Assembly (NCBI GenBank): GCA_002497765.1
Contig: DAET01000070.1
Span: 1-59,619 of the forward strand
Length of the DNA: 59,619 nucleotides
Source of the DNA: Euryarchaeota archaeon UBA486
GTDB lineage: Archaea > Thermoplasmatota > Poseidoniia > Poseidoniales > Poseidoniaceae
Reading direction: 5' to 3'
In this document: one piece after another, positions 34,382 to 42,802 of the stretch
How the letters are laid out: each line of letters begins with the position of its first letter
Position numbering within the stretch: the stretch's first letter is position 1
Notes under the pieces: model-generated
What the model was told of the DNA's origin: nothing
The model's database searches: none
The model's input: the letters and a program-made list of their open reading frames with translations, nothing else
Position numbers and translations under genes: made by a program

Positions 34382-36907
34382 TCATCGGCTCATGACAGCT
34401 CGATGAACCATGGCCTGAACCTCGCGCATACGACTCTTTGCGCCAAGTTCTCGGAACACCTTCAACGCTCGTTGGAGGTATTCCATACGGCCCTGTTTGT
34501 CGGGGGCAACACCACCAAGACGAGTGAGCAATTCGCCGATTTGCATGCGAAGGTCGTTGGCCTCAGCAAGGACGAGGGCTTGGCCATAATGCTCCACGGC
34601 TTCCTCCGTTCGACCGGCATCGTGCAAAACCTCCCCGAGCAACATGGTGATTTCCACCAACGACTGCACATCCCCTGCGTCGGTCATGGCGGTCAAGGCT
34701 TCGGAATAATGGAACAGTGCCAACTCTGATTGCTCGACCTTTGAGTAATACCGGCCCAAGACGGCTTGCGCACGAGCGTGGAGCACGCTATCACCGAGCT
34801 CGGAGGTTCGCTCGTGAGATGCCATGGCATGCTCCCTTGCTCGGTCAACCTCACCCAATTCAATGAGGGAACGAGCCAAGGTGATTTGGCTGTAAATCAA
34901 GTCGTCATCGTTTGAACTTTCGAGGATTGCTTCAACCTCACCGTACGCCTCCAAGGCTTTGCTACGCTCGTTCTTTCGCCGGAGCAAGTACCCGATGTTG
35001 TTGTAGGTTCGAGCAGCCCAACGGGCATTGCCAAGCGAGATGTAATGCTTGAGCGCCTCTTTGTGGCGCGACAGCGAAACATCGCTGTTGCCTTGTTTCC
35101 TGCTCACATCGGCAAGGGAAGAGAGAATCTCGGCTTGAACTAGTTCGTCAGCCGAAGAAGATGCCCGTTCAAGGGTCGCATTCAGCACCTCCTCCGCTTC
35201 GGTCAAGCGACCCAACAACGCCAGAATATCACCCTGAATTTGGGCCATCCGAACCACCACATCCGAGGCCAAATCGGCGGTTTCCACCTGTTCGATCAAG
35301 CCAAGCAGTTCCATGTAGCCCTGTGAAACGAGTTGACGGCCTTCGCTGACAATGATCTCAGATGCCGCCTCAAATTGAGTGGATTTGATCGTGTGGTAGA
35401 TCAACTCTATCTGCAACTCGTGAGAAGGCGATTGCTTTTGATACCAATCGACACACTTCCCGTGGAACTCTTCACGAAGCGCCGTTGAGAGACTTCGGAG
35501 GAGGAATTCTCGAATCAAATCGTGCACGTCGTAGGTGTCGGCATCGGCCTGCCGGGCAAGACCGGATTCGACCAGACTGTCGAGTTCATCGGTGTTGAGG
35601 CCTTGTTGTGCGAGTGCCTCAAGCCTCACAGGCTCCCTGAAAATGGAAAGAGCAGAGAGGACACGCTTCTGCTCTGCACTCAACTTGGAGAAAATTTCCA
35701 CCGTGACGTAATTTTCCAGCGTCTCGTGGAAAGCGCCAGCGGATGCACCCCTGTTGATGAGTTCCAAGACCAACGGGTGGCCTCGAGAAAGGCCATGAAT
35801 GTGGAGCCACTGTTCGTCCGCCAGTGAATCAAAACTTGTCAGAAGTTGACGACCTGCGTCGGGGTCAAGACCGTCCAGGGGCAGCACCAAACTCGCAATT
35901 CGCCCCTCAGCGTCTTTTGTTGGAACCACGGGCTTGAACGAACGAGAGAAGATGACAAGACCGATTTTTTCTTCGCTCCCCAGAAGGGCCAGAGACATTG
36001 CCTGGAAGGTCTGGTGAAGCACCATGTCCGACACCTTGTGGAAGTCATCGATGACCAGCAGGGAAGGGGTTCCCTCCAATGCCTCGACCAACAATCGAGC
36101 TGCATCTGCGGGTTGAGGAACTGGTGTTGCCGCGAGGTATGTGGAAAAATCGGCGTTACCCATGCTTGAAAGCCAATCGGCCACCGATTCGAAGAAGGAA
36201 CGGGATCCCTCCCAGTCTTGGCATCGATGGTACAGCAGGTTTCTGCGATGCATGAAACGTTCAATCAATTTGGAGGCGACCGTGGTCTTTCCGATTCCTG
36301 CGATGCCAGGCACGAGGAGGGTGGTCGCTCTGGCCTCAAGCAAATTCACCATGTTGTCCAGTTCAGTCGTGCGGCCGTAGAAATGGCGGAGGCGAGGCAA
36401 ATCGGCGAGTGAAGTGACCAGTTGCTTTTCGACGTGCTTTGAGAGGTCTCGTTCCACCAAGTCTGCAGACAGGTTGCGGACATCGAGACAACTGTGCTCG
36501 TCGATGTAGCGGATGATATCAACCGGCCGCATCTCAAACGGGAGCACGCCCTTTGCACCGCCAAGCGTTGATGCGATGGCGGGTTGGTCGTCCAAGATGA
36601 TACGCACGGGCCATTCAGCGAGGCGTTCCCACGTCTCGCTTGCCAACGAGACACCGCTGTCGGTTAGGAAGTAGGCCTTGCGCTTTCGTGAAACGCCCTT
36701 GACGTGGGCCTGTCGCTCCACCAGAATGTTCTGGTCCTTGAGCCCGGCAATGGCCCGAGGCACATTGGAGCGAGCGATGGCAACGGCGTTGGCGATGCCC
36801 ATCTGCGAAAGAGCAAACGGCACCTCGATGCTGTCTTTGAAATCGGAATAATCCAGCAAATGCAGCAGGATGCGTTCCTGCACGCCCGGTTTCGCCTGTG
36901 CGGCCAT
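34382..36907 (-). CDS. wHTH - STAND-type P-loop NTPase - TPR protein
   Basis: N-terminal HTH (LSQMGIANAVAIARSNVPRAIAGL), FYGRTTEL, Walker A GIAGIGKTT, Walker B LLVIDDFH, GHPLVLEL (GxP), YDVHDLIREF (MHD-like) and C-terminal TPR repeats. Confidence 0.9.
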   Translation of the reverse strand: MAAQAKPGVQERILLHLLDYSDFKDSIEVPFALSQMGIANAVAIARSNVPRAIAGLKDQNILVERQAHVKGVSRKRKAYFLTDSGVSLASETWERLAEWPVRIILDDQPAIASTLGGAKGVLPFEMRPVDIIRYIDEHSCLDVRNLSADLVERDLSKHVEKQLVTSLADLPRLRHFYGRTTELDNMVNLLEARATTLLVPGIAGIGKTTVASKLIERFMHRRNLLYHRCQDWEGSRSFFESVADWLSSMGNADFSTYLAATPVPQPADAARLLVEALEGTPSLLVIDDFHKVSDMVLHQTFQAMSLALLGSEEKIGLVIFSRSFKPVVPTKDAEGRIASLVLPLDGLDPDAGRQLLTSFDSLADEQWLHIHGLSRGHPLVLELINRGASAGAFHETLENYVTVEIFSKLSAEQKRVLSALSIFREPVRLEALAQQGLNTDELDSLVESGLARQADADTYDVHDLIREFLLRSLSTALREEFHGKCVDWYQKQSPSHELQIELIYHTIKSTQFEAASEIIVSEGRQLVSQGYMELLGLIEQVETADLASDVVVRMAQIQGDILALLGRLTEAEEVLNATLERASSSADELVQAEILSSLADVSRKQGNSDVSLSRHKEALKHYISLGNARWAARTYNNIGYLLRRKNERSKALEAYGEVEAILESSNDDDLIYSQITLARSLIELGEVDRAREHAMASHERTSELGDSVLHARAQAVLGRYYSKVEQSELALFHYSEALTAMTDAGDVQSLVEITMLLGEVLHDAGRTEEAVEHYGQALVLAEANDLRMQIGELLTRLGGVAPDKQGRMEYLQRALKVFRELGAKSRMREVQAMVHRAVMSR

Positions 36908-36927
36908 GATTTAACCCTCAGGTTCGA

Positions 36928-39900
36928 TCATTGTGGCGGCTGCTGGTAGTTCGGGTCAGGCACCCATTGGTTGGATGCTTGGTCCCATAACCAGCCCGGA
37001 TGCTGTGAGGCAGCCGGTGCGGCTGCTTCCTGAGCAACGGGTGTTGCCTGGGCAGGCGCTGCTGCCTCCTGTTGTGGAATGGCTGGCGTTTGCTTGGCTT
37101 TGGCCCATGCATACGGGTCTTCTTCGACGGCGGAATCATCGCTGGTCAGCTCGTCTTCGTCCGGTATTTCTTCAAATTCAATGAAGAAGAAGGCCCCTGC
37201 TCCGAGGAGAACGAGGACGGCCAAAACGATGAGAATGATGCCCACGATGCCGGAACCACCGTCGTCGCCGCTGGAGACGGTGACCGCAAACTCAGCGTTC
37301 TCGGTCTGTCCGGCAAACTTGAAAATTTGACCGTCCATTTCGAAGATGACCTCAGAAGAGCCCTCAATGCCGCTGAGTTGGCCAGCGGTGAGTTGCATGC
37401 TCCATGAGCCATCCGAAAGCACACGGGTCGAGTTCAACTTGGCGTTTCCATCGGCGAAACGAGCGATGACAAGGCTACCAGGAAGCCCTTCACCCGTGAA
37501 CTCAGCTGGGTCATCAACGGTGATGTCACCGGTGTCCGTTCGCTCAACGGTGAACGATACGGCACGAACGAGGAAGTTGACCTTCAGCGAGTAAGCCTTG
37601 GATTCTTGGTCGTCCTGAGCGTAGACAACCACGCTGTTGAGGGACCAGTCTGGGATGCTGCTGGTGGTTTGGGCCATGTAGGACATTGGGTCGTAGGTCA
37701 GGACACCAAGCGGCGTGATGACAATGAAATCGTCATAGAAGTCGTCTTCGATGGTTGTATCGTCGTCATAGACGTAGAACTCGAGGTCATCTCCTGGCGA
37801 TCCTGTGCCGTCTGGATCGCTGAAGAACTCTGCGAGGTCAAACGACACACCTCCGCCGCAGCGGTCAAACGAGTTGGAATTCTGGTCGCAGAAGATGGTC
37901 CACGTACCGACCCACCCTGTTTCGTTAAACACCGGGTCGATGTTTTCAGCATCGAGCGGATTGTTGATGGTCATACGCCAGACAACATCCTGCGAGTAAT
38001 CATCGCCGTCGTACGCCCGCACGGTTACCGAGTAGACACCGTCGTGAATCAACTTGGACGTGTCCCAGTTCGCCACCCACGAACCGTCTTGAGCAAACGT
38101 GGTGACCGGCAAGGGGCCGTCGTTGAGAACAATGCCGTTGGCCAAATCGGTGATCTCGATTTCAACACGTGTGACAAATCCACCAATGTCCCGAGCCACA
38201 CCAATGATCTTGGTTTCGGGAGAGGCGCGAACGGTATCGCCGTCAATGCCTCCAGAGGTCTGGTCTTCTGCTCCAATCCATGAGAGTTGGAGGTTGGGCG
38301 GAATGTTGTCGTTGTTGATGGTGATGGTGCGGGTCTCAGCCACGCATCCGTCGGCCTCAACGGCCTCGCCGATGCAGAAATCACTGTCCGCAGCCCAGAC
38401 CTTCGCTGTGTAATCACCCGATGGCAATTCAGCCACGTTCCACTCGTAGGACCAACTCGTGGAGCCTTGGATAAAGAACTGCTGAGCAAAGCCGTCTGGC
38501 CCAGAGATGGAGAACCAAATCTGTTTCACATCGCTGCCAGCCGTGCCTTGGTAGGGGTCTGAAGCCGTACCTTGGAACATCACCCTACCTGTTTGATGAA
38601 CGCTTCCAGCCGTTGGTACATCGACCAACAACGATGGAGCGACGAGGTTGAGTTTGTACTGACGAACCTCAACGGGGGAATAGTCCAGACCGTCATAGGA
38701 CCGAATACGGAACGTGATGTCGCCTTCGCCTTCAGGGTGTGCAGCACCATCCCACTCGTAGACCCAGTCCTTGAACGGGTGGTTTTCCATGGTGATATCT
38801 CCGCTTGAGCCAGAGGCATCCGAAGCGTAGAACCAATCGGACGAACCGGGTGGCTGGATTTCGACACGCTTCACCAAGCCGAACTGTGCTTGTTGTGCGG
38901 TGTTGTCGTTGGCGTAGGGCCACTTGGCGCCATCCCATGCCTGGCCCGTGATTCGAACCGTGGTTGCAAAGGAGTAGCCGTCTGGCTCGGTGACGCTGAC
39001 ACTGGGTCGAAGGTTCTCGAGGTTGATGATGTCATCAATCGGACCCGAGAGCACATAGGAGAAGTCGTCGCGACCGCTGCCGAACTTGAAGGCCTCAACG
39101 GTGTAGAACGGTCGCTCTCGCCCGTTGATGCAGTCGGCGTCGTCTTCGTCAACGTACGTATCACCGTCGTTGTCGATACCATCTGCACAGGAGTCTTCGT
39201 CAACCACGATGGGTTGACCGGAGCCGTCGTTGGTACCGGGGATGGCAGCGTTCTTGTCGCCGACCACATGGTTCCAGTTGCGGTCAAGAAGGAAGTCAGA
39301 AGGCAGGGAAACCTGAGGCGTAAAGCCGAAGGCGTCGGTGGTCAGTTCGTAGAGCGGAAGTCCAGTGGAATCCTTGATGATGACCGTGGCGCCCTCCACG
39401 TTGGAATTCTTCGCCTTGACTTGATAGCGCACGAGTTCACCCTCGCGAACTTGGGAGCCCCAAGCCGTGTTCTGGTTTTGAACGTGAATCATCGAGGAAT
39501 CAAAGTTCTGAAGATCTGCAAAGGAGAAGACGGTGGCGTTCTCGACCAGTTCAAGTGCAAGCGGCATGCCAGCAGGTGGCAAGGCGACGGTACCGGGGAG
39601 TTGCAGGCACTCGTCCTGAACGAACGGACACTCCGCACCCAACCAACGGATGCTGACGGGGTAGAGTTCATTGCCGCCAGGGGACGGAATTTGTTCCGAC
39701 TGAACGGTGACACGTGATTCGGTGATGTTGTAGACTTGCGAAACGCCAGTCCAGGCATTGCCGGAGAAGTAAGCCACGGAGCCGTACTTGTTACCGTAGT
39801 TGTCGTCGTGGTGGCTGACATTGCCGGCGAATCCAAGTTGGGAATCGGCCGTATTGCGCTGGACGTTGATGAGGGAACCCTTGGCACGAATGATGTCGCC

Positions 39901-41331
39901 GGTGTTGCCCGAGATGGTGTTGTCGAGGATGGAGGCCGAGGAACGGAAGACGTGAACGGCTGGGCAGGGGAAATCACCACCGTACATCTGAGAGTTGCAC
40001 GTTCCCGAGTTGTTGGAGATGACGTTGTTGGCCAAGTAAAGACGAGCGGCAGATGGTGCTGGGACCTGCCAGCCCTGGTCTTGGTAGTGGTACTCGCCGA
40101 TGAGCACAGGCTCCTTACCTGTGTCCTGAATGGTGTTGTTCTCGGCGATGACATCGGACGTACCGTAAATCCACAAGCCGTTCCAGCCACCAATGGGGCC
40201 GATGGTGTTGCGGTGGAGTTCAACCACGGAACTACGAATACCAACACCGGATCCCTCACTGGCCCCGGCGATGATGTTGCCTTCTGCGTAGACCTTGGCA
40301 CCGTCGTAGGCGGTCAAACCAGCGCCTTCGGCTGTGGTGATGTCGTTGTCGGTGACTTCAAGCGTGTGTTCGATGTTCCCAGTGGTCTTGAGCGAGTTGG
40401 TGTCGATGGCGTTACACTTGACATCAACCTTGGAATTCGTAAAACTCCCCGAACTTGATTTCATCAGGATACCGTAGCTGTTGTCCTTGATGTCCAGGTT
40501 GTCCATGTCGATGTAGGAGTTCTCGATGTAAAGAACAGCACGGCCACCACCTTGTTGACCGCAATCGGCATCGTTTCCAGTGAAGACGGAATTCTTGACA
40601 CGGAAGGTCGAGAGAATACCCGCACCTGCGTCGTAAGCACGAACGGCAGCCGCGTCGTAGCCCTGTCCGTCGATGCCCAATTCGAAAGTTGAATCGGTGA
40701 GGAGCGGAGCGGCGTAATCAACGGCGATCACGTTCGAGGTGTTGATGTCAGTGAAGGTGAGCCCGCGGGCAGTGGTGGTTGAACCGTCAAAGACCAACGC
40801 ACCGTATTGGACGGCTTGGAGGGAAGCGACGTAAATCGGATATCCGTAGGCGTTCTCAAAGTGAGCGAAGTTGATGCTGGTGATGGACTGGTCGATCGTG
40901 TCTCGAATGATCAAACCGGAGCCGCACGCTGCATCAGGGTTGTTCAGAACGTTGCTCTGCGTGTTCAAACAACGACCGGTTTTGGTGTAGTCCGTAGGGG
41001 TGGACCAGATGAAACGGGCTTGGGATGAAGCCGAGCCAGCACTGGCACCGCAAGCAGCATCACCGATGCAAATGGCGCCTTCCACATCAATGAATTTCCC
41101 AGCGGGGATATTGACGGTCGTGCCAGCGTTGATGATGAGTTTGGAACCCTCAGCGACCGTGACATCGTCTTGGAGATTCATGGTGCCCGACCAGGTCTCG
41201 GTACCGGTCACGGTGCCCTGCGTGGTTTCGTTCACGGCCATGGCCGAGGGAACGCTCACCATGGCCAACATGAGAGACATCATGTACAGCATCACGAGCG
41301 ATACGGATTTTGTTTGGTTTTTTCGAGACAT
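36928..41331 (-). CDS. Large surface protein with right-handed parallel beta-helix, Ig-like domains and C-terminal TM
   Basis: Signal peptide, Asn-ladder repeats (NNTIQ, NNVISNN, NTISGN), Ig-like repeats (GTASDP, GVARD, YSVTVRAYDG), TM (IVGIILIVLAVLVLLGAGAFFFI) and tail HPGWLWDQASNQWVPDP. Start at the ATG at 41331. Confidence 0.88.
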   Translation of the reverse strand: MSRKNQTKSVSLVMLYMMSLMLAMVSVPSAMAVNETTQGTVTGTETWSGTMNLQDDVTVAEGSKLIINAGTTVNIPAGKFIDVEGAICIGDAACGASAGSASSQARFIWSTPTDYTKTGRCLNTQSNVLNNPDAACGSGLIIRDTIDQSITSINFAHFENAYGYPIYVASLQAVQYGALVFDGSTTTARGLTFTDINTSNVIAVDYAAPLLTDSTFELGIDGQGYDAAAVRAYDAGAGILSTFRVKNSVFTGNDADCGQQGGGRAVLYIENSYIDMDNLDIKDNSYGILMKSSSGSFTNSKVDVKCNAIDTNSLKTTGNIEHTLEVTDNDITTAEGAGLTAYDGAKVYAEGNIIAGASEGSGVGIRSSVVELHRNTIGPIGGWNGLWIYGTSDVIAENNTIQDTGKEPVLIGEYHYQDQGWQVPAPSAARLYLANNVISNNSGTCNSQMYGGDFPCPAVHVFRSSASILDNTISGNTGDIIRAKGSLINVQRNTADSQLGFAGNVSHHDDNYGNKYGSVAYFSGNAWTGVSQVYNITESRVTVQSEQIPSPGGNELYPVSIRWLGAECPFVQDECLQLPGTVALPPAGMPLALELVENATVFSFADLQNFDSSMIHVQNQNTAWGSQVREGELVRYQVKAKNSNVEGATVIIKDSTGLPLYELTTDAFGFTPQVSLPSDFLLDRNWNHVVGDKNAAIPGTNDGSGQPIVVDEDSCADGIDNDGDTYVDEDDADCINGRERPFYTVEAFKFGSGRDDFSYVLSGPIDDIINLENLRPSVSVTEPDGYSFATTVRITGQAWDGAKWPYANDNTAQQAQFGLVKRVEIQPPGSSDWFYASDASGSSGDITMENHPFKDWVYEWDGAAHPEGEGDITFRIRSYDGLDYSPVEVRQYKLNLVAPSLLVDVPTAGSVHQTGRVMFQGTASDPYQGTAGSDVKQIWFSISGPDGFAQQFFIQGSTSWSYEWNVAELPSGDYTAKVWAADSDFCIGEAVEADGCVAETRTITINNDNIPPNLQLSWIGAEDQTSGGIDGDTVRASPETKIIGVARDIGGFVTRVEIEITDLANGIVLNDGPLPVTTFAQDGSWVANWDTSKLIHDGVYSVTVRAYDGDDYSQDVVWRMTINNPLDAENIDPVFNETGWVGTWTIFCDQNSNSFDRCGGGVSFDLAEFFSDPDGTGSPGDDLEFYVYDDDTTIEDDFYDDFIVITPLGVLTYDPMSYMAQTTSSIPDWSLNSVVVYAQDDQESKAYSLKVNFLVRAVSFTVERTDTGDITVDDPAEFTGEGLPGSLVIARFADGNAKLNSTRVLSDGSWSMQLTAGQLSGIEGSSEVIFEMDGQIFKFAGQTENAEFAVTVSSGDDGGSGIVGIILIVLAVLVLLGAGAFFFIEFEEIPDEDELTSDDSAVEEDPYAWAKAKQTPAIPQQEAAAPAQATPVAQEAAAPAASQHPGWLWDQASNQWVPDPNYQQPPQ

Positions 41332-41338
41332 CGGCGAT

Positions 41339-41376
41339 TCACCTGCTCTGTCCATGAACGCCACGAATATAATACT
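41339..41376 (-). promoter_or_regulatory. Putative TATA box and Shine-Dalgarno upstream of the beta-helix gene
   Basis: Minus-strand TATTATATT (41366-41374) in an AT-rich ~200-nt intergenic region, and AGGTGA 8 nt before the ATG at 41331. Confidence 0.45.
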
Positions 41377-41529
41377 GCGCCTCATTTGCCGCCAAAGAAA
41401 TATCATTATCGACTAAGAGTATCACAAATTGCGCCGAAAAACGGAAGGAAAATGACTGAAAATAACGAAATTCGGATAAGAAAGGACGAAAAAGTGTCCT
41501 GGCTTTTTGGAAAAAACGCCACAAGATCA

Positions 41530-42738
41530 TCAACAGGACGGAATGTCCTGTGCTTTCGAGAGCCATGCAGAGGCGCTGAGAAAACCGTATCCACTGCGAG
41601 GGTCGTGCTCACCATCACCTTCTCCGAGCGACTCCAGAAGGGCTTGCTTCACCTCAACGAGGCACGAAGCATTGCCACCGGATTGAGGCTTCAATCGAGG
41701 CTGATCTTCAAGGATCAACGCCAACGCACCGGTGACAAACACCGTGGCGTCAGATGAACCGCTGCTGGAGTACCACAGGTTGTCCTCTCCAGTGCTGATG
41801 ATGCGCTCGCCTGGCGCTACCACTTCGGGCTTCATGTTTGGATGAGCCCGGGCATCGCCGGTTCTATCAGTCAAAGAACCGGATGAAGAGTTGGCCCACA
41901 CAGCCCCTTCACGCGTGGTCGCACCCACCGAGATAGCCAAATCAACGCTACCGGGGGAAGCGACATCCCCGTCATCATCGAGCCCGTCGTTCCCCGCAGC
42001 TGCCACCACATAGATGCCCGCATCCGTGGCTTGGCGGGTGGCAGCAGAAGAACCACCCTCTGTGGAGTCGGATTCTTCCGAACCGCCCAGGGAAAGGGAG
42101 ATGATATCGGCTTGGAATTCAAATTGGCACCACCGAATGGCATCGGCAACATCCGAATCCAGACCGGTGTTTTCCCCCTGGCCGTTATCGCTCAGGGCGG
42201 CCACCATGGCAAAGGAAACGTTCGGTGCTGCACCACGTTGAGTGGTGTCGTTGGAAAGCAGCAAGCCGGTCATCAGGGTACCGTGGGCAACAGCGCCGTA
42301 GTCAACGGGTCCCTTGGACGCACCTACCAAGTCCTTGAACGTGAACTCGGAGGTTGAGAAGGCATCGTGTTGAGCATCAACACCGGTATCGACCATGCAC
42401 ACCCGCACCCCTTCACCCGAGAGTCCTGAAGATTGCATCTCGCGAAGTTCAGTTTGCTCAAAGGCCCATTCGGAAGCAGGTTGAGGCAGTTCAACCACCA
42501 GCCACTGGTTCTGCCACATCAGCACGCTGGCGGAGATGAGCAGGGCCAACACCACCACGCCTGAAATTGAAAATCGACGGCGCATGGGTCGAGCCACCGG
42601 CTCAACCGTCAGGGGGGCCCAGCCCATGGTTTCTGAACGCCACTGGTCCTGAAACCCGATCACCGTTGGGTCGACCGCTGATACGATGCGCCGATCCGAA
42701 GGCTCAGGGAGGTACTCAACGTCACGGAGACCTTCCAT
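41530..42738 (-). CDS. Membrane-anchored S8 (subtilisin-like) serine peptidase
   Basis: MVDTG (Asp), HGT (His), AAAGND (oxyanion Asn), KPEVVAPG and SGSSDAT (Ser), with an N-terminal TM helix. Start codon uncertain. Confidence 0.9.
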   Translation of the reverse strand: MEGLRDVEYLPEPSDRRIVSAVDPTVIGFQDQWRSETMGWAPLTVEPVARPMRRRFSISGVVVLALLISASVLMWQNQWLVVELPQPASEWAFEQTELREMQSSGLSGEGVRVCMVDTGVDAQHDAFSTSEFTFKDLVGASKGPVDYGAVAHGTLMTGLLLSNDTTQRGAAPNVSFAMVAALSDNGQGENTGLDSDVADAIRWCQFEFQADIISLSLGGSEESDSTEGGSSAATRQATDAGIYVVAAAGNDGLDDDGDVASPGSVDLAISVGATTREGAVWANSSSGSLTDRTGDARAHPNMKPEVVAPGERIISTGEDNLWYSSSGSSDATVFVTGALALILEDQPRLKPQSGGNASCLVEVKQALLESLGEGDGEHDPRSGYGFLSASAWLSKAQDIPSC

Positions 42739-42802
42739 GGCTTTCGCTATCCCTACCGTGTCCTCATCAACCCTTGTTTGAAAAATCAATCAAAAGTGAA
42801 CA

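Noticed and set aside
34382-36907. Possible Avs-type antiviral STAND system
   Set aside because: There is no nuclease, TIR, SIR2 or protease effector, codon usage is native, and no defence-gene neighbours are present. A regulatory role is more parsimonious, though not proven.
41400-41530. A-rich intergenic tract as possible ncRNA or origin
   Set aside because: On the minus strand it reads as T-runs downstream of the subtilase stop and upstream of a promoter, consistent with an archaeal terminator/promoter region. No ORB-like repeats or cdc6 are nearby.
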